Counted from the first letter of the stretch, positions 1-9,119 are shown. The stretch: DNA of 32,000 bases from Promethearchaeum syntrophicum (GCF_008000775.2 NZ_CP042905.2:3780001-3812000), one strand, 5' to 3'. Numbers and translations: made by a program. Notes: generated by a model from the sequence alone, not told the origin.

Positions 1-262
1 ATGGTGTCTCATTTTTGTTTGTTTTTTGGCATATTAGTATGTTACGAATTTTGTTCATATTAATTTGGTTGAAATATTAGTTGGAAATATAACATATTTT
101 TTGTTTCCATTTACTATGATCATAAAAAAATTCAATACATTTAATCCTTAGGGCTTAATTCCAATAGTTTTATTGAATAAAAGCTTAATATCGAAAATGT
201 TTTCCCTTAGAAATTTTAAAGAAAATAATATAGATCCATTTTAGAGAAAAAATGATAATTAA

Positions 263-826
263 TTAACTGATAGATTTTATTTTAATTTTTTTCGCATCAG
301 CTTTTTCGCAATAGGGGCAAGATACAATTCCACATAATTCATCAGGACTATCAAAATTCTCTATTGTAAAATCAACCGGAAGTATAAATGGCTCAGCAAA
401 ATCTGTGATTAAATCCATTTTAATTTTTTTAACGAATTCTTTATTTCTAAAATGCTTATCTAAAATAATATCTAATCTTTTAAGGGATGAACAAGCCATG
501 AAAATCATCACATTATAATCCCCACTTAATTTTAGGGCATTAATTATGTATGGACAAGAATCAACCATGTCAAATACGAATTGAGGTTGTGTTATTGACA
601 ATTCTATTTTGACTAAATTGAGCGAGGATGATACAAGATCTTTGGAAAAATCAACTCCAATCTGAGTAGCTAGAACCCCTTTTTCAGATAATTTTTTTAT
701 TCGAGCTCCAATTGCTGGTTGAGATCTTTCCAAGTTTTTTGCTATTTGGCTATGGGTAATAGATGGATTCTTTTGAAGAGTTTCGATTATTCTTTTATCT
801 ATATCATCAAGTTTTGTTAATTTCAT
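263..826 (-). CDS. Lrp/AsnC-family transcriptional regulator (wHTH plus RAM-like domain) with extra C-terminal Cys cluster
   Basis: 187-aa ORF with ATG start. The N-terminus DDIDKRIIETLQKNPSITHSQIAKNLERSQPAIGARIKKLSEKGV is a typical AsnC-type HTH. The central NLVKIELSI...LSGDYNVMIFMACSS resembles the RAM effector domain. The C-terminal CGIVSCPYCEK motif is an add-on. Confidence 0.75.
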   Translation of the reverse strand: MKLTKLDDIDKRIIETLQKNPSITHSQIAKNLERSQPAIGARIKKLSEKGVLATQIGVDFSKDLVSSSLNLVKIELSITQPQFVFDMVDSCPYIINALKLSGDYNVMIFMACSSLKRLDIILDKHFRNKEFVKKIKMDLITDFAEPFILPVDFTIENFDSPDELCGIVSCPYCEKADAKKIKIKSIS

Positions 827-875
827 TTAATCACTTTTAATTTACCTTTTTAGAATTTAACGAAAAAGGATTTAT

Positions 876-1427
876 CTATAATTTTTTATCTTGAATTTCT
901 GATATTTCTTTGGATTTCTTCATTAGTAATTCGGTTAATCCTTGAAATGATTCTTCTACATTTTCTCCTGTTTTAGCAGAAAGTTCTGTATGATTAGTTA
1001 ATAAAAATTCATCCGCTTTTTGAGAAGCTTCTTCAAAACTAATTTGACGATGATCTACCAAATCTTTTTTACTACCGATTAGGAAAATTGGAATATTTCC
1101 GGCATTTTTTCTGATGATTTGGATCCAAACTGATAGACTTTCAAGGGTCTTATGAGAGGTTATATCGTATAGAAAGAATGCAGCATTGCTTCCTTTACTA
1201 TAAGTTGGTAAAAGAAATCTGAAGCGTTCTTCGCCTCCAAAATCCCATATTTGTATCTTAACTGATTTATTATTATCTAATCTAATCTTTTTTGAGAAGA
1301 AATCGACACCTATTGTTAATCTTGGTGAGTCTACAAACACGCCAGTAATATATCTATGTGTCAGTGAAGTTTTCCCAACACTTGCATCCCCTAGCATTAA
1401 TAATTTAAATGTAAAATCTGGTGACAT
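876..1427 (-). CDS. Rab/Ras-like small GTPase (Asgard-type), non-canonical G3/G4
   Basis: G1 GDASVGKTS; switch I/RabF-like TIGVDF; G3 WDFGGEERF; G4 GSKKD; G5 SAK. I moved the start to the ATG at 1427 (MSPDFTFKLLMLGD). The 39 upstream codons of the tracked ORF (to 1544) look like translated AT-rich spacer. Confidence 0.85.
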   Translation of the reverse strand: MSPDFTFKLLMLGDASVGKTSLTHRYITGVFVDSPRLTIGVDFFSKKIRLDNNKSVKIQIWDFGGEERFRFLLPTYSKGSNAAFFLYDITSHKTLESLSVWIQIIRKNAGNIPIFLIGSKKDLVDHRQISFEEASQKADEFLLTNHTELSAKTGENVEESFQGLTELLMKKSKEISEIQDKKL

Positions 1428-1632
1428 TGTTCTCAAATTTTTGTTTATGTTATTAGATTGTAGAATTAATGTTAAATAATCATTGATCGTTATTAAAAAT
1501 TTTATAGCTTTTTTTGAAGATCGAGAGTGAGATTGCAATATCATCGTAAGAATAATTTCTACCTCAATGCAAAACTATAACAACTCTCGATCGCGTTTTA
1601 AAATGATTTTTCCCATATATTTGATTAGTATT

Positions 1633-3072
1633 TCAAAATAAATTGTCCAATTTTTCATGGCGTTTGGTTAAAAAAGTCCCAAAATATGATTTAAATGGCA
1701 AAGAAATTTCAATATTTCCGGAAATTTTATTTTTTTTCAGTGATGTATTCATTTTTCTTTCAAGAGATGACAAATGTTTTATCTTAAATTGGGATTCTAG
1801 TTGGTTAGTTATTAATTCAATTTCTGTATCTGGCAAATGCGCTCGTATATGTGCTTCTATTTGGGGTAATGGAATTGTACACTGAGGATTTATATGAGAA
1901 ATTGGAAACAAAATATTTGCGATTAAATTAATTCTCTTCTTTACATAATTAGAATCTACATTAGATAAAAATTCAAATCTCACAGGGACATCATAGGGAG
2001 AAATTTGTACGTAGGATCCAAATACACCAATTTTTTCAACAGCAGAATTTTTCTTATGAAAAATTTTTGAAATATCCGGATTAATGCAAAATACAGTTGA
2101 TCTATGTTTTGGAGGGATAATCTTAAATAAAAATTCAGAATCTGTAAAGTATTTCAAATGTGTTCTATAAGGAATTTCTTGTAAACTTTTTAAACTTGAA
2201 TAATGAGCTATGAAATAAGGTAAAGCTCTATTTAACAAATCTCGAAACATTGATGAACGGCTATCTTTTACGGAACCAATAAGAATAATATTTTTTTCAT
2301 TACAAAATTCATATAATTCTCTGTAACTTTCAATGCATGCATTGTAAAACTCCTTTATTATCTCAGTATTTTTCTGATAAATTAATGGTGGCGGAGGAAG
2401 CAAGCTTCCATCTAGCAGAACTAAATCTGGAAGATTTGATTCTGAGCGTAAAAAATTTAATAACATCGAATTTTCTGCTAAAGTTCTCCTTAATCCTGCC
2501 AAAGTTCTACCTAAATTCTCTGAAATAGGTAAATCATCAGAAAATAATGAATAATATTCATCATTGTATATCGGAGGAAAGTTTCTTATTGATGGAGAGC
2601 CGTCATATGAATCAAAATCGTATAGAACTACTGTAACCTTAATTAAAGTTAATTGCACACCCAAGTATTGTCGAAGACCTAATCCTCCATCCACGGCAGC
2701 AATCCTTAACCCACGTAATTGAGATATAGAATATGGAAAAACGGGATTGATAAGATTTCGTTCAAAAAATGGTTTAAAATCAGGATTAGAAAAAGAAGTT
2801 AGATCTAAATCATGACATTTCTTAAAGGCATCTAAAAAAATGCTTAAAAATTGTTCTTTTCCTTGTATATTTTTAAATATTTGTTCCGCATGATATGAGA
2901 GATTTAATGAAAGGAGCTGATCTTTAGAGAAGAAGGTTGGAGTTATAAAATTCTTTTTATTTTCAATTTTTAACTTTTCCTTTTCGATATAATAATTTAC
3001 TTGTTTTTTTCCTATCTTTTTTTTTTTAAGAAAATCAGAAGTAGAAAAGGAATCTCTTGAAGTAGCGGGCAT
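1633..3072 (-). CDS. NurA-domain nuclease-like protein
   Basis: 479-aa ORF with ATG start. The blocks RIAAVDGGLG, DLVLLDGSLLPPP and LIGSVKDSRS match, by eye, the three conserved acidic/Ser blocks of the NurA 5'-3' nuclease family (xxAxDGS, llDGsL, GxsKxS). No HerA-like ATPase is adjacent. Confidence 0.55.
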   Translation of the reverse strand: MPATSRDSFSTSDFLKKKKIGKKQVNYYIEKEKLKIENKKNFITPTFFSKDQLLSLNLSYHAEQIFKNIQGKEQFLSIFLDAFKKCHDLDLTSFSNPDFKPFFERNLINPVFPYSISQLRGLRIAAVDGGLGLRQYLGVQLTLIKVTVVLYDFDSYDGSPSIRNFPPIYNDEYYSLFSDDLPISENLGRTLAGLRRTLAENSMLLNFLRSESNLPDLVLLDGSLLPPPPLIYQKNTEIIKEFYNACIESYRELYEFCNEKNIILIGSVKDSRSSMFRDLLNRALPYFIAHYSSLKSLQEIPYRTHLKYFTDSEFLFKIIPPKHRSTVFCINPDISKIFHKKNSAVEKIGVFGSYVQISPYDVPVRFEFLSNVDSNYVKKRINLIANILFPISHINPQCTIPLPQIEAHIRAHLPDTEIELITNQLESQFKIKHLSSLERKMNTSLKKNKISGNIEISLPFKSYFGTFLTKRHEKLDNLF

Positions 3073-3363
3073 TGTTAATTTATTTAATGTCTAATCCCAA
3101 ATTAATAGAACAAACACTCTATTAGTTTTTTATAATACTAAAATCAGAAATAAAAAAAAAAGAAAATTTTGAGGAAATTCCTGAAACATCTCACGAAACG
3201 GAAGTTAGAATCCTCAAAGAACCACCGTCTCTCAAATATTTATTAAAATATTCGACATTAAGATCATTTTATTAATAGTTTTTATTCTATTTTTATTCGA
3301 CCTTCGTTGCTTCAGCAATCATACCATATAAAGTTAACTATTTAAATCTAACCCAAATGAAAT

Positions 3364-3966
3364 TTAAGAGCGTTTATTTAATAGAATCTCAATTGAAGCA
3401 ATTTCTTTTAGACAATTTGAACAAAAAGATACATTGGAATGGAAAACCTTCCCACATTTAGGGCACTTATAACTCACAACTTGCATTTTCCCATCTTCTT
3501 CTTCTTTTTTTTTCATTATTATGGTATATATAACCCAAATAATAACGAATTCAAATATTTGAATTCCGAATAAGTATAGAATTGAATAAAGAAAATCATA
3601 TAATAACTGATTCTCAAAAATCGGGCTATATTTGTGAACAAAAACCCAGAAAAAATAATGAATTAATCCTTGAATCAATAAAAAATATTTAATGAAATTC
3701 AAATATTCATTTTTGGATTGGATAGTTAAGATTGTTGAAATTATAAGTAGAAATATAAAACTGACAATGGAAGTTTGCCAAAAGATATAAAAATCACCAT
3801 GATAACAATAGGTACCTAAAAAAACAATTGCATTTTTTTGCATAAGTGTTTGTGTTTCAAAAGTAGAACCAAAGCTAAATGAATTTAAAAGAAATAATAC
3901 TAAAGAAATTCCAACATAATAGAAAAGCGTTGCAATTTTAGCATTAATGAATCTTTTTATCTGCAC
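3364..3966 (-). CDS. Polytopic membrane protein with C-terminal zinc ribbon
   Basis: 200-aa ORF with GTG start. It has several long hydrophobic segments and ends with YKCPKCGKVF...FCSNC (CxxC-x13-CxxC). I recognised no family. Confidence 0.55.
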   Translation of the reverse strand: MQIKRFINAKIATLFYYVGISLVLFLLNSFSFGSTFETQTLMQKNAIVFLGTYCYHGDFYIFWQTSIVSFIFLLIISTILTIQSKNEYLNFIKYFLLIQGLIHYFFWVFVHKYSPIFENQLLYDFLYSILYLFGIQIFEFVIIWVIYTIIMKKKEEEDGKMQVVSYKCPKCGKVFHSNVSFCSNCLKEIASIEILLNKRS

Positions 3967-4038
3967 TTTACTCTAGAAATAAATTATTTATTGTATGTGA
4001 AAAAATTATTTGTTTTGTTTAATTTTAAAAATCAATAT

Positions 4039-4908
4039 ATGCCTTCAATAAAATCACAAAAATACATCGTAAAACCTTCAGATAGTCGAGAATGGATAAT
4101 AATTCAATCTAATTCAGGATTAGCTGTTGATACTGAATTACGCATGTTGGATTATCATTACGATTGTCAACCAAAACAGATTGAAGTTAATGGAGAGAAA
4201 ATTTACTGCTCCCAACTTTGCTGTTACGCAGGTTGCTATGTAAGTGAAGATGAAATAAAGAGTGTAGAAGCGATTCTTCCTAAAATAAAACCTTTGTTAA
4301 AAAAAGATAGTTTAGAACTTCTTGAAAAAGTAAAAGATCAGATTTTTGTTCTTGAAGATTATGATAAAGATGAAAAATTATATAAAACACGCACTGCACC
4401 TGAAGAATGGGAATTTTCTGATAATGATGAAGAAAAAGAAGAAGTAGGAGAAAAAGATATTAAAGAGGAGAATGAATCAGAATCTTTAGAAATTGAGGAA
4501 GAAAATTATGAGGATGAGGAAGAAGAAAAAGAAATTCCAAAAAATCATTGCTTATTTCTCACCGATAAAGGTTTATGCGCTCTACATCAATATTATAATG
4601 ATAATGGAATTAATTGGGTAAAGGAAAAATTCAATATTTGTGTTACTTTTCCTTTAGATATTCGCCCTCAAGACAAGACATTGGCTTTTATGGATGAATT
4701 TGATTCATTCACGTATTTCAACGTAGATTGCATTAGTAAGGATGAGGATAAAAAAATTGAATTAGGAATGCCCCAAATCATCGATTCCATGAAATATGCA
4801 ATAGTTCATCGATTCTCTCTTGAATGGTGGGAAGCACTTTCAGCATTCTCAAAAGATTATCGAGCAGGAAAAATAGATTTAGATTTTATATATAAAGAAA
4901 TGGATTAA
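4039..4908 (+). CDS. Cys-rich (DUF3109/UPF0153-like) protein with a large poly-acidic insertion
   Basis: The Cys blocks YCSQLCCYAGCYVSEDEI and HCLFLTDKGLCALHQ...FNICVTFPLDIRP resemble the CxxxCC / CxFLxxxGxCxxxxxxP pattern of DUF3109-type proteins. They are separated by EEWEFSDNDEEKEEVGEKDIKEENESESLEIEEENYEDEEEEKE. Start set to the ATG at 4039; the tracked ORF begins at a TTG at 3991. Confidence 0.5.
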   Translation: MPSIKSQKYIVKPSDSREWIIIQSNSGLAVDTELRMLDYHYDCQPKQIEVNGEKIYCSQLCCYAGCYVSEDEIKSVEAILPKIKPLLKKDSLELLEKVKDQIFVLEDYDKDEKLYKTRTAPEEWEFSDNDEEKEEVGEKDIKEENESESLEIEEENYEDEEEEKEIPKNHCLFLTDKGLCALHQYYNDNGINWVKEKFNICVTFPLDIRPQDKTLAFMDEFDSFTYFNVDCISKDEDKKIELGMPQIIDSMKYAIVHRFSLEWWEALSAFSKDYRAGKIDLDFIYKEMD

Positions 4909-4922
4909 AAAATTATAGAATT

Positions 4923-5591
4923 CTATATTTTTGTAATTGGTCCTTCAACTACTTCAAATTTATCTTTAGTAATAACTACAATTTGGTTTTTAGACCCAGA
5001 ACCAATATCTAGACTTTTAGAAGCAGATAGGGCTTTTTCAACAAGTTTAACACCTTCTTCAACACTCATTTCAGGTTTCCACGACCCTTCCATAACACCT
5101 AATGCGAATGTGGATCCGGAACCTAAACTTGCAAAATTTTCAGAATCTGCCATATACCCTAAGAAATCGATTGGAAAAATTCTTCCAGACTGAGTTTTTG
5201 AGTCGTATCCTCCAATTATCATAAATGCTTGGAAAAATGAACGCCCATTGAATAATATGTTTCTTACGATATTTGCGATATATTCCAGACTAGGCTCTTT
5301 TTCATCTCGTACATTCAATAATCTAGAAATTGCTTGGGCTTGACCGACAACATACTGACAATCCGAAACGCCTCCTGCAATTGTAGCACCGCATTGATTA
5401 TTTATTTTAAACAATTTCTGCGCTTTCTTATTTGCTACAAAATATCCTGCAGTTGCTTGTGATTCTGTTGCTAAAATTACCCCATCTTTAATAACCATAC
5501 CAATTGTTGTCGTTCCAGTTTTTAACATTTCTAGTTTATGCATTTCTGGATTAGATTGTGCATCATGTAATGTAGGATTTTTAAAAGACAT
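4923..5591 (-). CDS. psmB: Proteasome subunit beta
   Basis: A propeptide is followed by the G|TTTIGMVIKDGVILATE active-site Thr context. The Ntn-hydrolase beta-subunit pattern (GSGS, GGYD) runs throughout. Confidence 0.92.
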   Translation of the reverse strand: MSFKNPTLHDAQSNPEMHKLEMLKTGTTTIGMVIKDGVILATESQATAGYFVANKKAQKLFKINNQCGATIAGGVSDCQYVVGQAQAISRLLNVRDEKEPSLEYIANIVRNILFNGRSFFQAFMIIGGYDSKTQSGRIFPIDFLGYMADSENFASLGSGSTFALGVMEGSWKPEMSVEEGVKLVEKALSASKSLDIGSGSKNQIVVITKDKFEVVEGPITKI

Positions 5592-5646
5592 GGTTAAAAA
5601 GAAGCAATTAAAACTTTTATTTTTTCTTATAATATTTAATAGTTAT

Positions 5647-6156
5647 TTATTCATAGAGGTTTTTAAAACGATCATCGGGTAAAATAACTAAAATTCCGTC
5701 TGATTTAACACATAACTTCCCTGAAGAATCTTTTCCACTATAAATTTTAGCATTGGCATATATTTCTTTTCCCGCTTTTCCTTCAAGTGATTTCGAAATT
5801 TTGCTATGAATAAATATAGGTTCGTCAATAAGAACAGGTCTAAGGAACTTTACATTAATAGATTTTGTTATTCCATATCTTCCAAATATAAAAAATGTAA
5901 CATGAGCCATCAATTCATCAACTAAAGTTGTTAAAATTCCCCCATGAGAATATTTGGGAAACCCACAAAATTCTTTTGGCACAATATACCGTGAGACAAG
6001 TTCTTCTGTTTCTATATTAGCAAAAAAGCGTAATTTTAAACCAATTGGATTAGATTTCGAGCAAGCGAAACAATAATGTCCATATCCGGGAGGGATGTGA
6101 ACCAGAATCTCTTTGAACCCTTGTTTAATCAAATCTGAATAATCAATTTCATGCAT
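5647..6156 (-). CDS. Hotdog-fold (PaaI-type) acyl-CoA thioesterase
   Basis: 169 aa. It has the CFACSKSNPIGLKLRF N-terminal block and the HGGILTTLVDELM catalytic-region block typical of PaaI/4HBT thioesterases. Confidence 0.7.
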   Translation of the reverse strand: MHEIDYSDLIKQGFKEILVHIPPGYGHYCFACSKSNPIGLKLRFFANIETEELVSRYIVPKEFCGFPKYSHGGILTTLVDELMAHVTFFIFGRYGITKSINVKFLRPVLIDEPIFIHSKISKSLEGKAGKEIYANAKIYSGKDSSGKLCVKSDGILVILPDDRFKNLYE

Positions 6157-6185
6157 AGTAAAAATCTCTTGTAATTTTTGGTTGT

Positions 6186-7970
6186 TTAATTTGTAAAATA
6201 ACCATAAATTTCTGATTTCGTTATTTTTTTTAATTTTACATAGCCATACCGTTCAAACTGCACAATATTCCCAGGTTTTAAGTTCCTCAAATTTAATTCT
6301 CCATATCCTTTAGTAATCTTTCCATCAGGTTGGAGAATTTTAACTCGAATTTTATCATTTTGTGGAACAACTTGGAGTTTTCGTATATTTTTTTCTTTTT
6401 CTTGGGATTCATAATGGACGTTTGGATTTTTTCCCAATTTATCAATTTTCACATTAAATATATCTTTAAATCGGATGGTTTGACCAATTTTTAATGCAGG
6501 AAAAATAATATTTCCTTTTTTACCTTTAATTTCTTTAAGATCGCTTTCAGAAATAAAAACTTTCGATATTCCCTCAACTATTTCAAGAGGAACGTTCCTT
6601 ACTCCTTTATCGGGATATTGGGGATTAATTAATGGATGAGCAATATATTCCTCCATTGGAATATCTGTAATTTTAATAGAATGGGGCTTTTCAACAAACC
6701 AATATCGATTTGAAGTTGGATCTATTATTGAAGAATTTTTTGAGTAAATCCATTCCTTATCAAAAACAATACCACGTTTTGATAAACCTAAATCTAATAA
6801 TGACTCTCTTAAAGCTTGGGGTTGAATTCCTCTTGCTTTTAATGATTGCAAACTCCAAGTTCGAGGATCATCCCAACCGTCGTATTTTCCTGAATGAACA
6901 TTTTGTCTAGCCAAAGTTTTGCTAAGTTTAAATTCATCATCAAATTTCATACGACCGTACAATGTAATTTGGGATTCTGGCCAACCATATAAATCCCATA
7001 TAATTTTTTCAACTTCTCCCTCTTTTTTTAAATCAATTCCTCGAATAATGTGAGTGATTCCTAATAAATGATCATCTAAACCCCAAGACCACTCTAACAC
7101 TGGCCATAACCGAACTTTGGTACCAATTCTTGGATGGGGTGCATCAGAAATTCGCATAATAATATGATCTCGAAGAGCAGGATCTTTTTGATCCATGCCC
7201 GTTTTCAAGCGAACAACTGCTTCCCCTTCTCCGATTTTACCTTCAAGCATTCTATCGTATAATTCTTGATGATACTCTCTTTCTTTGTTTCTACAAGGAC
7301 ATTCAATTCCTGGTCTCTTATATTTATCACGGAATTCTTTGGCCAAACAAGTACAAACATATGCATGACCTTCATCTATCATCCGTTTTGCTTCATCTTG
7401 ATAAATTTGAACCCGATCACTTTTATAATGAGTTTCATGATATTTTACTCCCAACCAATCAAGACCTTCAGGGATTAAATCATATGCTTCGGGAATTACA
7501 TATTTCGCCGATGGTTCATTCATTTTTAACTTTGTAGTCCCTATTGTATCATCAAAAACTAAGAGTAACTTTCCATCATATTTTTTCACATATTCATCAT
7601 TTAAAACTACCATTCTTGCGTTTCCAATGTGAAGGGCACCCGAAGGATAGGGAGCTAACCTCATAACTACTTTTTTTTGTTTAGCTCCAGGTAATTCTGG
7701 CAATATTTTCTTTTCGGGGCCAAGTTTTTCCTTTTTATCTAGAGCATGAAGATCTAATTTTAGAACTTTTTGCTTTTGTTCACTAATCGACAGAGAATTA
7801 ACTTTGGATATAATTTGGGCAACTCTTGGTTTTAATTCATTTCCCTTTTGCCGTAATTCAGGGAGATCTCTCATTAATTTGCCCATTATTGCTTTCGGAT
7901 TTGCTTTACCATTAAATTTTATTGCATTTTTCAATCCTTCTAACCAAATAATTTTATCAATTTCATCCAT
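6186..7970 (-). CDS. gltX: Glutamyl-tRNA synthetase, archaeal/eukaryotic type
   Basis: 594 aa. The class I HIGH motif is PSGALHIGNARM and the KMSKS-like motif is FKLSKT. The archaeal-type N-terminal roughly 100-aa extension and the C-terminal anticodon-binding beta-barrel region are present. Confidence 0.92.
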   Translation of the reverse strand: MDEIDKIIWLEGLKNAIKFNGKANPKAIMGKLMRDLPELRQKGNELKPRVAQIISKVNSLSISEQKQKVLKLDLHALDKKEKLGPEKKILPELPGAKQKKVVMRLAPYPSGALHIGNARMVVLNDEYVKKYDGKLLLVFDDTIGTTKLKMNEPSAKYVIPEAYDLIPEGLDWLGVKYHETHYKSDRVQIYQDEAKRMIDEGHAYVCTCLAKEFRDKYKRPGIECPCRNKEREYHQELYDRMLEGKIGEGEAVVRLKTGMDQKDPALRDHIIMRISDAPHPRIGTKVRLWPVLEWSWGLDDHLLGITHIIRGIDLKKEGEVEKIIWDLYGWPESQITLYGRMKFDDEFKLSKTLARQNVHSGKYDGWDDPRTWSLQSLKARGIQPQALRESLLDLGLSKRGIVFDKEWIYSKNSSIIDPTSNRYWFVEKPHSIKITDIPMEEYIAHPLINPQYPDKGVRNVPLEIVEGISKVFISESDLKEIKGKKGNIIFPALKIGQTIRFKDIFNVKIDKLGKNPNVHYESQEKEKNIRKLQVVPQNDKIRVKILQPDGKITKGYGELNLRNLKPGNIVQFERYGYVKLKKITKSEIYGYFTN

Positions 7971-8078
7971 CTTTGAACATTCCTAAAATATATTGTAGAA
8001 AAACAATTAAAAGAAAAAAATTTTTCTCTTATTACAATTCATATTATTTCATACAACCATTTTTTAAAAAAATAAACC

Positions 8079-9119
8079 TTGGTGTTAATTCTGTCTGAAA
8101 ACGATAAACAAGAATTCAAAGAAGATACAATAAATTCAAAAGAAATACAACTGGAAACTGATAATTTTTTTTGTTCAAAATGTAAACAAGTAAATCAAAA
8201 ATCTCAAAAAACCTTCTATTGTATACATTGTGGAAATCGATTTCCTGTGGATAGAAATAATCAATTAATTTTGGATGAAAATAATTTTTCAATGAAATAT
8301 CGAAATGATATGAAAAAAATTATCCCTAAGAAAAAAAAAAAAAAATGGAGGTTATTATCGGGATTTACAGTATCTTTTGGAACATATTTAGCAGTAACTC
8401 TAGTATCTTTAATTCTTTTCTTTATTTTCTCAGTTTTTACTAATGTTGAATTAGATTCTATTCTTTTTAGTTTTTTAATATCTATTTCTTCACTTTTATT
8501 CTTTATAATTCCGATTTTATGGATTCAAAGATATTATCCAAGAATATTAACAATGAAACAACGATTTAGTGAATTAGGAATACCTTTAGAGAGATATTCT
8601 CGAAAACAATTAATCCGAGAGATACTTTTAGGATTTTTATTAGGTTTAATTTCGGTTTTTCTTGTAATTCTACTTCAACTCATTTCTTATTATCTTATTA
8701 AATTATTATTCCATGTAGATTTCTATAATTTTCTGGAAGCTATACAATTTGAGGATTTTGCCTTAACCATCCCCGATAACATTTTCGAATTAAGCCTTTT
8801 CATTTTAATGATGACTTTTCTTATAGGCTTCCCAGAAGAAATCATGTTTCGTGGATTCGTTCAAAGAAGTTTTGAGAATTCGTTAAAAAAACCTGCTGCT
8901 TTGCTATTAACTGCTGTTTATTTTGCTTTCTTTCATATTTTTCTATATATATTGCAACCGATTATTTTCTTCTTTATGGTTATTCCTTATTTGGGATTAT
9001 CAATTCTTTTAGGATTGATTAGAAATTGGAGGGGAGATATTATTGCAACAATAATTGCTCATATAATTTACAATTGCACTCAAACGTTTATCATATTTTT
9101 AATTTTAAATTCAATTTAA
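8079..9119 (+). CDS. CPBP (CAAX/Abi) intramembrane glutamic protease with N-terminal zinc ribbon
   Basis: CPBP motifs EEIMFRGF, FFHIF and HIIYN lie in a multi-TM body. The N-terminal FCSKCKQ...YCIHCGNRF is a zinc ribbon. Only a TTG (8079) or GTG (8082) start includes the zinc ribbon; the first in-frame ATG lies beyond it. Confidence 0.85.
   Translation: MVLILSENDKQEFKEDTINSKEIQLETDNFFCSKCKQVNQKSQKTFYCIHCGNRFPVDRNNQLILDENNFSMKYRNDMKKIIPKKKKKKWRLLSGFTVSFGTYLAVTLVSLILFFIFSVFTNVELDSILFSFLISISSLLFFIIPILWIQRYYPRILTMKQRFSELGIPLERYSRKQLIREILLGFLLGLISVFLVILLQLISYYLIKLLFHVDFYNFLEAIQFEDFALTIPDNIFELSLFILMMTFLIGFPEEIMFRGFVQRSFENSLKKPAALLLTAVYFAFFHIFLYILQPIIFFFMVIPYLGLSILLGLIRNWRGDIIATIIAHIIYNCTQTFIIFLILNSI

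Noticed and set aside
1428-1544. N-terminal 39-codon extension of the GTPase ORF. The same applies to 9026-9127 (PTA-like), 28823-28879 (DUF1684), 28173-28223 (SixA-like), 3991-4038 and 20406-20420.
   Set aside because: The extensions begin at non-ATG codons or overlap the upstream gene. They translate to junk-like hydrophobic or Asn-rich sequence and precede an ATG that sits right at the start of the conserved domain.
1643-2528. Plus-strand ORFs 1643-1885 and 2337-2528 inside the NurA-like gene
   Set aside because: They are fully antisense to a long ORF with family motifs. Their translations are low-complexity and Phe/Leu/Ile/Ser-rich, as expected from the reverse strand of an AT-rich gene.
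263-3072. Reading NurA-like nuclease plus GTPase plus regulator as an antiviral defence island
   Set aside because: No accompanying ATPase, helicase, methylase, toxin or other defence hallmark is present. The flanks are housekeeping genes. The idea is kept only as a low-confidence adjacency note.
6710-7986. Plus-strand ORFs 6710-6910, 7266-7478 and 7804-7986 antisense to gltX
   Set aside because: They are embedded in a confidently identified GluRS gene and have no motifs, so they are typical shadow ORFs.
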